DNA of 64,000 bases from a virus (Duplodnaviria > Heunggongvirae > Uroviricota > Caudoviricetes). The stretch spans positions 1 to 64,000 of the IMG/VR virus record IMGVR_UViG_3300021404_000007. One strand, given 5' to 3'. Positions 43,804 to 51,845 of this stretch are shown in pieces. Position numbers and translations under genes: made by a program. Each line of letters starts with the position of its first letter. The first letter of the stretch is position 1. The notes below the pieces were generated by a model. That model saw only the letters and a program-made list of their open reading frames with translations, did not search any database and was not told the DNA's origin.

Positions 43804-44284
43804 AACGCATCTCCTGGTCCGCGTCGTTGTGCGTGAACAGTTGGTTGCGCTTGGTCACCGCCGCCAGCTCGGCGGCTCCCTTACTGGCGTACCGGCCGAG
43901 GTAGTAGGTGTGGTGGTTGTGCCGCACCACCGCCTCCCACGCTCCCCGGTGCCACCGCACGCCCCGGACCTGTGAGCGGCTGTTGCGCCGCTCCCCGGCC
44001 AGGTTCTCCATGTTCTGCTTGTGCGTCACCGGCCGCAGGTGGTCCGGGTTCACGCAGATCTTCGGGCAGTGCCGGTGGTGGTCCACCAGTCCGGTCGGCG
44101 GTGCGCCGTGCACGAAGGCCCAGGCGTTGCGGTGCGCCTGCCAGGTGCCGAACACCCGGTTGTCGAACTTCCCGTAGCCGCGGCCATCCACGCACGCCGT
44201 CCACAGCCAGCATCGGGTTCCCAGCACCGGGTTGATCGGACCCTGCTTGTTCACCTTCGCCCAGAACCGTTCGGCCGGTGTCAC
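43790..44284 (-). CDS. HNH homing endonuclease with an AP2 DNA-binding domain
   Basis: CWLWT..GYGKF...HHRHCPKICVNPDHL; GVRWHRGAWEAVV. Confidence 0.65.
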   Translation of the reverse strand: MTPAERFWAKVNKQGPINPVLGTRCWLWTACVDGRGYGKFDNRVFGTWQAHRNAWAFVHGAPPTGLVDHHRHCPKICVNPDHLRPVTHKQNMENLAGERRNSRSQVRGVRWHRGAWEAVVRHNHHTYYLGRYASKGAAELAAVTKRNQLFTHNDADQEMRCGNR

Positions 44285-44348
44285 GGCGCCCGCCCGTGTA
44301 ACGTCGCGCCGGTGATCCGTTGGCTGCGTTCCCTTTTCGACTCCACCA

Positions 44349-45056
44349 TCAGGTTCCTCGTTGGTCGCCGAACGCCAGTATTTGCAGCCGGTGCGAGCAG
44401 TTCACCCGTAGCCGGATCGATTCCTCGACAATGGCGCCGAATGACTCCTGGAGGTGAGCGGTGTCGGTACCTTCCGGCATCATCCAGACATTCCACCTTG
44501 GCCAGCCGTGCCGGTCGGCCAGCGACACGGCTTCTTTGACGTCCTGTGCGTTGCGCACCACGAACTTCAGGCAGGTGAACCGCAGCTTGATGTGCTGCGG
44601 CCACTCGGCCAGCTCGGGATTCTGGCCCGGCTTGTGCGTGGTGTTGGAGAGCTTGGGCGAGATGGAGTAGTGCCGGACGAACGTCTGCGTAGCCTCGCTC
44701 GGCGCCAGCGTGCCGTTGGTTTCCACCGAGATGAACTTGTCCTTGCCCGCCAGTGCGCGCAGCAGCACCTCCCACTCCGGATTCTTCTGGTGCATCAGCG
44801 GCTCGCCGCCGGTCAGGATGACCTCGTTGACCTCCGGGTCCACCAGCCGCACGATGCTGGCCGGGCTCATCCGGGTGATCTCCTCTTTCAGGTCGTAGAA
44901 GCGGGAGTCCCAGGTGTATGCCGAGTCGCAGACCCAGCCGCCCGCGTAGCCGCAGGAGAGGTTGCAGCCGCCGAAGCGGATGAACGCGCACAGGCGGCCG
45001 GCGCGCGGCCCCTCGCCCTGGATGCTGGTGAACGCCTCCACCACCGGCAGCGTCAT
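44349..45056 (-). CDS. queE: 7-carboxy-7-deazaguanine synthase QueE (radical SAM)
   Basis: FGGCNLSCGYAGGWVCD Cys cluster; 235 aa. Confidence 0.7.
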   Translation of the reverse strand: MTLPVVEAFTSIQGEGPRAGRLCAFIRFGGCNLSCGYAGGWVCDSAYTWDSRFYDLKEEITRMSPASIVRLVDPEVNEVILTGGEPLMHQKNPEWEVLLRALAGKDKFISVETNGTLAPSEATQTFVRHYSISPKLSNTTHKPGQNPELAEWPQHIKLRFTCLKFVVRNAQDVKEAVSLADRHGWPRWNVWMMPEGTDTAHLQESFGAIVEESIRLRVNCSHRLQILAFGDQRGT

Positions 45057-45511
45057 GTGCCCGCACCCGTCAGCACGACGTGCGGCAGCGGCCCGGAGTC
45101 GGATATCGACGGGAACCAGGTGGCCGTGTTGTCCGGCCCCTCCCGCAGCTCGACCGAGAGCAGCGGCGCCTTGGGCAGCGCGCGTCGGCTGTGCTTGGCG
45201 ATCTCGGCGGCGATGGCCTCGGTGGTGGGCTGCCCGATCAGCGCGTAGTACTTCAGCTTCCCGGCGCGCAGGTAGCCGATGAACTCGTCCTCGCGGTCGA
45301 TGATGAACCCGTGGTCGAACAGCGTGGCGATCATCGCGCGCAGCTTCTCTTTGACGGCGCCGAACTCCAGCGGGTCGCCGACATCCTGGGCGTAGGTCCA
45401 GGTGACGTGGAAGGTATGGCCGTGGATATTACGACATTTGGCGCCCGGCCCGGTGAGCCCGAGGATGCGATGCCCGGCGGCGAAGTGGGTACGTACCGAA
45501 ATGGTGCTCAT
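45053..45511 (-). CDS. queD: 6-carboxy-5,6,7,8-tetrahydropterin synthase QueD
   Basis: FAAGHRI...GKCRNIHGH motif; ATGA overlaps on both sides. Confidence 0.7.
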   Translation of the reverse strand: MSTISVRTHFAAGHRILGLTGPGAKCRNIHGHTFHVTWTYAQDVGDPLEFGAVKEKLRAMIATLFDHGFIIDREDEFIGYLRAGKLKYYALIGQPTTEAIAAEIAKHSRRALPKAPLLSVELREGPDNTATWFPSISDSGPLPHVVLTGAGT

Positions 45512-46413
45512 GAGTACACCTGCTCTCCCCGTGCCAGCTTGGCCACGGTCTCGATGTGCTGCGGATGGCCGTCCACCAGGTACAGGATCGGGCCGGTGAA
45601 ATCCTCTGCCCAGCCGCCGAGGCGACCCCACTTGGGCGACGGCACCGGGTTGTGCCGGTGGAAGTAGCGCAGCTGCTGCTCCTGCACGCTGGCCGAGAGC
45701 GCCGATAGCCGCACCATCATCAGCCGGTTGTGCGGTGCGCTGGTGGAGACTTCGCTCGGGTTCACCCCGTAGTGATCGCGCAGCAGGCACGCGATGTCCT
45801 GGCTGTAGGTGCCGCGCCCGTTCAGGTCGATGCTGTGCACCTTGCCCTGCCGCTGCGGGTCGCGCAGGTGCAGCCGCCCGTAGCGGTAGCTGGACCCCCA
45901 GCCGGAGGAGTCCACACTGAAGAACGGCAGCCGCAGGTGGCTCTTGTTGGCCAGCCCCCAGCCGTGGAACCGGACGTGCGGGTGGTTGTCCCGCGCGTAC
46001 TTGAAGCAGGCCACCATCCACCGGAACTTCTCCTGGATGCCCGCGTCGACCAGCGCCATGCCGCCCAGCCCGATGAAGTCCACGCCGCGCTCGACGTAGT
46101 AGTCCATGGTTTCCGGCCGCTCGCGCAGGTGGATGGTGGGTACACCGGGGATACCGGCGTCCACCATCTCGTTCCAGTTGTACTTGCTCGTCTCGGCGTT
46201 GCCGGTGATGTCGAGGCTGGCGATCCACGAGATGCGGTGGTGGTACATCTGCGCCCACGTCACCAGGTTCCTCGTCTCCACCGGCTTGCCCAGCGTGCGC
46301 AGGCTGACGGCGCCGGAGTCGGCGGCGATCCGGCACGGGGCCAGCCTGTCCAGGTCGTACTTGTGGTAGTACGCGAAGGACACCAGCAGGTTGCGCGGCG
46401 GTGCGATGGTCAC
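45508..46413 (-). CDS. dpdA: DpdA-like 7-deazaguanine DNA transglycosylase (TGT family)
   Basis: TGT-like fold, IAADSGAV and VDFIGLGGMA; position in the preQ0 operon; GTGA overlap. Confidence 0.55.
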   Translation of the reverse strand: MTIAPPRNLLVSFAYYHKYDLDRLAPCRIAADSGAVSLRTLGKPVETRNLVTWAQMYHHRISWIASLDITGNAETSKYNWNEMVDAGIPGVPTIHLRERPETMDYYVERGVDFIGLGGMALVDAGIQEKFRWMVACFKYARDNHPHVRFHGWGLANKSHLRLPFFSVDSSGWGSSYRYGRLHLRDPQRQGKVHSIDLNGRGTYSQDIACLLRDHYGVNPSEVSTSAPHNRLMMVRLSALSASVQEQQLRYFHRHNPVPSPKWGRLGGWAEDFTGPILYLVDGHPQHIETVAKLARGEQVYS

Positions 46414-46760
46414 GGTATCGCCCAGCTGATGTCGTCCGGCAGGTGCAGGTCGTCGGGCAGGTCCACGTCCTTGCGCCCGCTGATCACCACCGTGCCGTAG
46501 AAGTGCACCCAGCCGTTCACCGGCTCCGTGCGCCCGCTGGGGTTCAGTTCGTGCCACAGCTTGGTCGCGGTGTCGTTGCGCGGCGGCATTGCGCCACTCC
46601 AGATGTGGGTGTACCAGAACAGCACGTTGCCCACCTCGGTGCTGGCGCTGTCCAGGTCGGCGCCGATGATGCCCTGTAGCCGCTGCACGAAGCCGGTCAG
46701 GTCGAAGGGCTGCACCTCCAACGGACCGAGAATGGGGTGGATCACCAGCGCCAGCATCAT
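46410..46760 (-). CDS. hypothetical protein (116 aa) in the deazaguanine operon
   Basis: ATGA overlap with the GT gene. Confidence 0.5.
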   Translation of the reverse strand: MMLALVIHPILGPLEVQPFDLTGFVQRLQGIIGADLDSASTEVGNVLFWYTHIWSGAMPPRNDTATKLWHELNPSGRTEPVNGWVHFYGTVVISGRKDVDLPDDLHLPDDISWAIP

Positions 46761-47386
46761 CGCTTCAGCAGCTCGCGCATGACCTCGGGCTTGCCGTAGG
46801 CGAACTGGTACAACTTCCAGCGGCTGCGGGTGGTGGCCGCGGTGGGTTCCCTGTCGTTCTCGTGGTCGAACGACCAGGCGATGCCCTCCACCCGTTCCAC
46901 CGCCGCCAGTGTCTCGGCGGCTGCCTTGAACGCCTTGTCCTCGTAGCCCCACACCGCGCCGAAGCGCTCGTCGTAGCCGCCCAGCCACCAGAACAGATCG
47001 GACGCGCACACCAGGATGCCGCCGGCCGCGTCGTACTTGGTGAAGCACGGTTCCACCACGTACAGGTCGTCCAGGTCGTAGGCCACCGCCTCGGCTGGCA
47101 TCGCCCGGTAGCGGGTGAAGGGGTAGACCACGGCACCGCCGTTGGCCAGGTCCACCGCCCGCCGCAGCGCGGGCATCTCACACACCGTGTCGGCGTCCGC
47201 GATGATGACGATTTCCGCCGCCGCCGACTTCACCGCGTTGTTGCGCGCCTGGCTGCGGTGGAAGGGCTGCGTGGGTTCGCTGTCGCCGAGGTAGACCGGG
47301 TAGTCTGCCCAGAACTCCATGGCGCGGTAGAAGGCGGGCAGCCGGGTGGGCTGCGCCCGCCACGGGATGCAGACGGCAACCCGCAT
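46757..47386 (-). CDS. GT-A fold glycosyltransferase (GT2/GT7-like; DxD ADADT; WGYEDKAF)
   Basis: 209 aa; TGATG overlap with the ParB-like gene. Confidence 0.5.
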   Translation of the reverse strand: MRVAVCIPWRAQPTRLPAFYRAMEFWADYPVYLGDSEPTQPFHRSQARNNAVKSAAAEIVIIADADTVCEMPALRRAVDLANGGAVVYPFTRYRAMPAEAVAYDLDDLYVVEPCFTKYDAAGGILVCASDLFWWLGGYDERFGAVWGYEDKAFKAAAETLAAVERVEGIAWSFDHENDREPTAATTRSRWKLYQFAYGKPEVMRELLKR

Positions 47387-47955
47387 CAGATGCCCAGCAG
47401 GGCGTTCATCGCCGTGGTGTCGTTCTCGAACTCGTCCCGGTGCTTCTTCCACGCCGCCAGCGTCGGGGTGTCCACCACCAGCAGCAGGCGGCTCATGAAG
47501 TCCTCGTCGCCCAGCGGGCCACCCGCTTCGTTCTCCAACTCGTCCAGGTCCGGCGCACCGGCCAGCATCTCCTGCAGCATCTGCACGTAGTCCTCGTCGA
47601 AGCCGGTGCCTTCCAGGGTGTCGATCTTGAGCAACACCTCCAGCAGGGCTTCCATGTCCGGGCCGGGGCCAAGCTCGGCAATCCTGTTGTCCGCCAACAG
47701 GATCTTGCGTGCGCTCGTCTCGTCGGCATCCACCATGTCCACCCGTAGTGTCTTGAGTTTGAGGCCCTTGGCCGCCTGCCAGACGTGGTGCCCGGCCAGG
47801 ATGGTGCCGTCCTTGTTGACCACCACGCTGCGGTACTGGCCGTGCTGTTCCAGGCTCTCGGTAATGGCGTTCACGTCGCCACGGTTCGGGTTCTCCGGGT
47901 GTGGATGCAGCTTGCCGACAGGCATTTCCTTCTGGCCCATGAATGTGACTGTCAC
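47386..47955 (-). CDS. ParB-like nuclease-domain protein (possible DpdB analogue)
   Basis: HPHPENPNRGD ParB/Srx box. Confidence 0.55.
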   Translation of the reverse strand: MTVTFMGQKEMPVGKLHPHPENPNRGDVNAITESLEQHGQYRSVVVNKDGTILAGHHVWQAAKGLKLKTLRVDMVDADETSARKILLADNRIAELGPGPDMEALLEVLLKIDTLEGTGFDEDYVQMLQEMLAGAPDLDELENEAGGPLGDEDFMSRLLLVVDTPTLAAWKKHRDEFENDTTAMNALLGI

Positions 47956-48066
47956 AGGGGCAGCGTAGAGCTAACCCTCGATTCACCATGCGCGCCACGC
48001 CTGTTTGGAATCGGTTCGTCACATTGCCGTTTGTAGACACGCACAAGAACTGGGACAATTGGTGGT

Positions 48067-48261
48067 ATGTCCGAACAGAGCCAGGCGTACCTCGACATCG
48101 TGGGTGGTGTCGAGCGCAGCTGGCCGCGTGCCTATGACGGCGTGATCGCGCTTGTTTGCCCGAACTGCGGTGCCGACCCGATGGAGCTGTGCACCAACCC
48201 GATCACCCGGTTGCCGCGCAAGTCACCCTGCATCCTTCGGGTGGCCCGCGGCTGTGGCTGA
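48067..48261 (+). CDS. possible small Cys-rich protein; overlaps the repressor 3' end
   Basis: 64-aa ORF; weak. Confidence 0.25.
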   Translation: MSEQSQAYLDIVGGVERSWPRAYDGVIALVCPNCGADPMELCTNPITRLPRKSPCILRVARGCG

Positions 48262-48714
48262 CCGCTTACCGTCGCCCTCCCATGGGCGCGGCTTGCGCAG
48301 TATCGCCTCCTTGTAGACCAGCACCACGCCCGGCACCGCATCGGCCACGCGCTGCGCGACCATGCGGTGCCAGCTGGCGCTGAACTTCCCGCCGTTGTCC
48401 AGCTTGCGCTTCGGGTCGCTGCGGTACTCCTCGTCGGTGCGGTAGACGGAGAGCGTGGCCTCGCCGCTGCTGCGGGTTTTCAGCAGGTCCTGGTACTTGG
48501 CCACCAGGACGGAGACAACCTGGGCGGTCTCCTCGTACACATCGTCCAGGCGCCCGGCGAAACGGTTGGGGATGTCCTCGCCGCCGTTCTCCATCCGGGA
48601 CAGGCGACGGCCATCGCACATCAGGTAACGCGCCATCCACCCCTGGGACAGACCGAGATACTCGCGCATGGATCGGAACTCGGCGCCGGTGATGGCGGGC
48701 AGCGTTTCGGTCAT
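48223..48714 (-). CDS. XRE-family HTH repressor (candidate immunity repressor)
   Basis: N-terminal TGAEFRSMREYLGLSQGWMARYL helix-turn-helix; divergent from the cro-like gene. Confidence 0.6.
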   Translation of the reverse strand: MTETLPAITGAEFRSMREYLGLSQGWMARYLMCDGRRLSRMENGGEDIPNRFAGRLDDVYEETAQVVSVLVAKYQDLLKTRSSGEATLSVYRTDEEYRSDPKRKLDNGGKFSASWHRMVAQRVADAVPGVVLVYKEAILRKPRPWEGDGKRSATAAGHPKDAG

Positions 48715-48869
48715 GGCGTCACGGTAGCTTTCGCGCGGTGAGACACCATCTTGCCGTCCTTGCGGACCCGGACCCAGGCCCCGCACATCGGGCACTCCAT
48801 GGTCCAGGCACCGTGCGGCGCCCTCAGTGTAAGTTGTTGCGGTCCAGGACAAATCGGTCGTTGCGGCAT
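48711..48869 (-). CDS. zinc-ribbon protein (CPMCG), first gene of the leftward transcript
   Basis: Upstream GGCAGAGCGCCGG box (reverse complement at 48889-48901). Confidence 0.45.
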   Translation of the reverse strand: MPQRPICPGPQQLTLRAPHGAWTMECPMCGAWVRVRKDGKMVSHRAKATVTP

Positions 48870-48914
48870 GTCAAAACCCCTTCTCAGCCCCGGCGCTCTG
48901 CCGGGCCCAACCCT

Positions 48915-48950
48915 GAATATACCACAGCGCGGTGTGGTATAATAACGGTA
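48915..48950. promoter_or_regulatory. switch operator: inverted repeat TATACCACA-N6-TGTGGTATA carrying face-to-face -10 boxes (TGTGGTATAAT on + and TGTGGTATATT on -)
   Basis: Read directly from the sequence. Confidence 0.55.
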
Positions 48951-48977
48951 TGGCGCAAACGGGTGTGGTGTCGGCAG

Positions 48978-49226
48978 GTGGCTAACAAGCCGAAGCCGCC
49001 GCCCGACGTGGAGGAGCACTGGCGCAAGGTGCTCCGTGAGGCCACCGTCGAGCTGCAACGCAAGCGCGCCGAGGCATTGCGGGCCGAGCATTTCCAGCGC
49101 ATGTGCGTGCGCGATTCGTTTGACGCCGGCCTTTCCGTGACGCCCATTCGTGAGGAAACCGGGCTGACGGTGAGTCGCCTGTACCAGATCAAGCGGGGCA
49201 CGCGAGGGGGGTCCGGGGGGAAGTAG
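48978..49226 (+). CDS. Cro/Xis-like HTH protein
   Basis: TGLTVSRLYQIKRG; GTG start. Confidence 0.5.
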   Translation: MANKPKPPPDVEEHWRKVLREATVELQRKRAEALRAEHFQRMCVRDSFDAGLSVTPIREETGLTVSRLYQIKRGTRGGSGGK

Positions 49227-49271
49227 ACCTACGCGCGGCAGAGCGCCGCGCGGGGAGGAAGGGTTGGTGAG

Positions 49272-49535
49272 ATGTCAGATACGCCAATGCCGTGGGACAT
49301 TCCGGGCGCCCCACAGCCAGGTGACTACCTAACACGCGAGCCAGAAGACCACGTGCCCGGTGACAAGCGCCCCGGCACCTACGTCATCCCCGCACACCTG
49401 GCGCACGGCGACAAGGTCGCGCTGGGCGCCAACCGGGACGTGGCCACCGTGGTCGGCAGCCACGTGATGCCCGAGGACCGGGTGCTACTGGTGCTGGAAG
49501 TCCCGGCTGAAGCATTGTTCCGGTTAGAGAAATGA
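49272..49535 (+). CDS. hypothetical protein
   Basis: GGCAGAGCGCCGC box plus SD. Confidence 0.55.
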   Translation: MSDTPMPWDIPGAPQPGDYLTREPEDHVPGDKRPGTYVIPAHLAHGDKVALGANRDVATVVGSHVMPEDRVLLVLEVPAEALFRLEK

Positions 49536-49641
49536 GCCCCGCGGCGGCACTCCGGTTCCGGGTGGTGCCGGTCAAAACCAGCCGGGAACCTAACACCCTG
49601 CTGGTACCGGAGTGCCGTCGCGGCCACCGAGAAGGACAGAC

Positions 49642-49851
49642 ATGAAACTTGCCATCAGCCAAGCCGGGCGACTGCACCGGCCCGGCTGCCGACATGCGCT
49701 GGGCGCCCCGCCGTGGGAGTGGGCGTACGGCAAAAACCGCGTGGAGGCTCTGCAGGCCGCGCTTGACCACGGCTGGACGGCGTGTGCCCACTGCCGCCCC
49801 TTCAGCATCGAACGCGACCAGCAGCTGGAATCGAAAGGAAACGCCCCATGA
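49642..49851 (+). CDS. Ada-type Zn-binding-domain-like protein (HRPGCRHA...CAHCRP)
   Basis: SD GAAGGA. Confidence 0.45.
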   Translation: MKLAISQAGRLHRPGCRHALGAPPWEWAYGKNRVEALQAALDHGWTACAHCRPFSIERDQQLESKGNAP

Positions 49852-50039
49852 GCTACACCGATCCGGCCCCGTCTATCACCTGCCCGGTATGCAAGCGGAC
49901 CAGCTACCACCCGATGGATGTGGAGATGGGCTGGTGCGGCTACTGCCACGGCTACACGTCCCACGTCGATACGTTGGAGGTGGCCAAGCGGTTCCTGCGC
50001 GAGGCGGCGGCTAAGGCGCCCGATGTCACTGACGACTAA
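49848..50039 (+). CDS. zinc-ribbon protein
   Basis: ATGA overlap; CPVC...CGYCHG. Confidence 0.5.
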   Translation: MSYTDPAPSITCPVCKRTSYHPMDVEMGWCGYCHGYTSHVDTLEVAKRFLREAAAKAPDVTDD

Positions 50040-50268
50040 GCGAACGCTGATTGCCACGCTGGCGCTGGCCCTCACGATCTGGTGCGGGTACACGCTGGTG
50101 TCCTACGCCATCGAAACGCCGCACTGGATAGCGCGGATACCGTACAACCCGTTCTGGGGTCCCCTGCACGCCACCTGGGTCATCGCCAACATGGTGCTGA
50201 ATTGGGTGGTGGGACGCCTGTGGCTGCGCATCCTGGTGCTGATGATCACGCTGCGCGATGATGACTGA
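50023..50268 (+). CDS. membrane protein
   Basis: 2 TM. Confidence 0.45.
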   Translation: MSLTTKRTLIATLALALTIWCGYTLVSYAIETPHWIARIPYNPFWGPLHATWVIANMVLNWVVGRLWLRILVLMITLRDDD

Positions 50269-50506
50269 CGACGCCCGCTGGGAGCGCCGCTGCCGACACG
50301 TCTTCGCGCTGTTGCGCGAGGCCGGTATCGCCGAGCGGGAGCAACGCCTGAATCTGTTCCGCTGGATCGTGGCCGACCCCACCATCAGCAGCACCAACGA
50401 CCTGAACGAGCGGGAGCTGGTGCTGATCGCCGACATGCTCACCACCTGGAAGCGTGCCGGCGAACTGGAATCCAACGCACGAGAACACGCGAGAGGAGAA
50501 CTGTGA
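50258..50506 (+). CDS. hypothetical protein
   Basis: 82-aa ORF. Confidence 0.45.
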   Translation: MMTDDARWERRCRHVFALLREAGIAEREQRLNLFRWIVADPTISSTNDLNERELVLIADMLTTWKRAGELESNAREHARGEL

Positions 50507-50844
50507 GCGACGATCCGTTTCAGGGCGAGGAATGGGCTGGGTTTGCCGAGCATGTCATCGTAGAACTCATCCCGAAGATCGACCAGTCGGCCATTGCCAT
50601 CTCACTGGTGCCCGGCGGCAACAAGACGGACGTGAAGTTCGCCGTCGAGCTGGGCTTCATGATCATGCTGGACAAGCCCATCATCGCCGTGGTCGCACCG
50701 GGTGCCAAGGTGCCGCGCAAGCTCGCCAAGGTGGCCGACGAGATCGTGGAGGGCGACCTGGACGACGAGAACATGCAGAAGCGGCTGCACGCCGCCATCG
50801 ACCGGACCATCAAGAAGGCACAGAGGACGAAGAAGGATGGCTAA
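50503..50844 (+). CDS. nucleoside 2-deoxyribosyltransferase-like (DUF4406-type) protein
   Basis: GTGA overlap; VELGFMIMLDKPIIAV resembles the NDT-like core. Confidence 0.35.
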   Translation: MSDDPFQGEEWAGFAEHVIVELIPKIDQSAIAISLVPGGNKTDVKFAVELGFMIMLDKPIIAVVAPGAKVPRKLAKVADEIVEGDLDDENMQKRLHAAIDRTIKKAQRTKKDG

Positions 50845-51115
50845 GCCGGAGAACGTTCGGGTCTACCGCAAGGACACCGGCGAGACGGTGCACTGCGAGC
50901 TGCTCCACCAGGGTGTCGACGACGAGGGAATGGACAACTGGCTGGTGGCCGGGGTCGAGTTCCGGGCCGGTCTGGACGAGCTGCAGATCGACGTGCTGCC
51001 GCCCATGACCGGCATCAGCTTCGCCGGGCCCTTCAACACCGGATTCTCCATGCAGTACCAGGAGAAGGACGACGATGCCGGGGGAGAGGATGGCGATGAT
51101 GGGGTTCATCAATGA
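50840..51115 (+). CDS. hypothetical protein
   Basis: Overlaps the next gene by 40 nt. Confidence 0.45.
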   Translation, partial: AKPENVRVYRKDTGETVHCELLHQGVDDEGMDNWLVAGVEFRAGLDELQIDVLPPMTGISFAGPFNTGFSMQYQEKDDDAGGEDGDDGVHQ

Positions 51116-51395
51116 TCTCTTCGGGAAGCTGGAAGAGTACGGCGGCAACCCGCTGCAGCCGACCCAACGGTTACGGATCGACGGCTTACCGGCGGTGCCC
51201 GAGGGGTTTGAGTGGCTCGTCTACCGGGACCAAACCACCGGTACGGTGCATGTTGAGCTGTACGATCCCGACCCGATGGTGTGCAGCTACGGCCAACTCG
51301 ACAGCGGCGATCCTGACGACGTGCGCGCCTATGCCCAACGAATCTACGACGCGAGGTTCGATCGGTACGAGGAGAAGGACGACGATGCCGGGTAA
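51075..51395 (+). CDS. hypothetical protein
   Basis: TIR GAGGAGAAGGACGACGATGCCGGG. Confidence 0.45.
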   Translation: MPGERMAMMGFINDLFGKLEEYGGNPLQPTQRLRIDGLPAVPEGFEWLVYRDQTTGTVHVELYDPDPMVCSYGQLDSGDPDDVRAYAQRIYDARFDRYEEKDDDAG

Positions 51396-51606
51396 GCCGT
51401 TCTGGCGCCAGTTCCCGGACAAGTGCTGCGCCGAGGTCATCCGTGCCGGTGAGCTGCAACCGTGCGACAAGACCGCCATCGCTGTCACCGTCGATTCCGA
51501 GGACGGGCATTGGTGGCCGGTGTGCCCGCACCACTCGCGCGCCCGGCAGATGGTGCCGCTGGCCGATCTGATCGCTGAGTTGGAGCGCACGACACGTAGC
51601 GCATAA
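51385..51606 (+). CDS. hypothetical Cys-rich protein
   Basis: A second copy of the same TIR. Confidence 0.45.
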   Translation: MPGKPFWRQFPDKCCAEVIRAGELQPCDKTAIAVTVDSEDGHWWPVCPHHSRARQMVPLADLIAELERTTRSA

Positions 51607-51635
51607 GCAAGACGCGGCGGCTGGGATCGTGGAGC

Positions 51636-51845
51636 ATGTGCTCCATGCCCGGCCGTTTTGCTCACGCCAAGTGGATCCTCACCGCGCTCACCATAATCGT
51701 GTGCGCCACATGGCTCGCCACTTTCGTGGCCCGGATTCTCCACCATAGCTACGAGGGCAGCGCGGCGGTGGACACCGCAATGCTGCTGCTGCTCGGGTTC
51801 TGGTTCGGCTCCTCCGCGATGTCCCGCAAGGAGGAAGAAGCGTGA
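51636..51845 (+). CDS. small membrane protein (2 TM)
   Basis: 69-aa ORF. Confidence 0.45.
   Translation: MCSMPGRFAHAKWILTALTIIVCATWLATFVARILHHSYEGSAAVDTAMLLLLGFWFGSSAMSRKEEEA

Noticed and set aside
44281-45248. ORFs 44281..45066 (-) and 44454..45248 (+) overlapping queE
   Set aside because: Alternative-frame or antisense shadows of QueE, which has clear radical-SAM motifs in its own frame.
46410-46760. Assigning the 116-aa operon ORF to a known Que/Dpd enzyme (QueF, DpdC and so on)
   Set aside because: No recognisable motifs from those families, so it is left as hypothetical.
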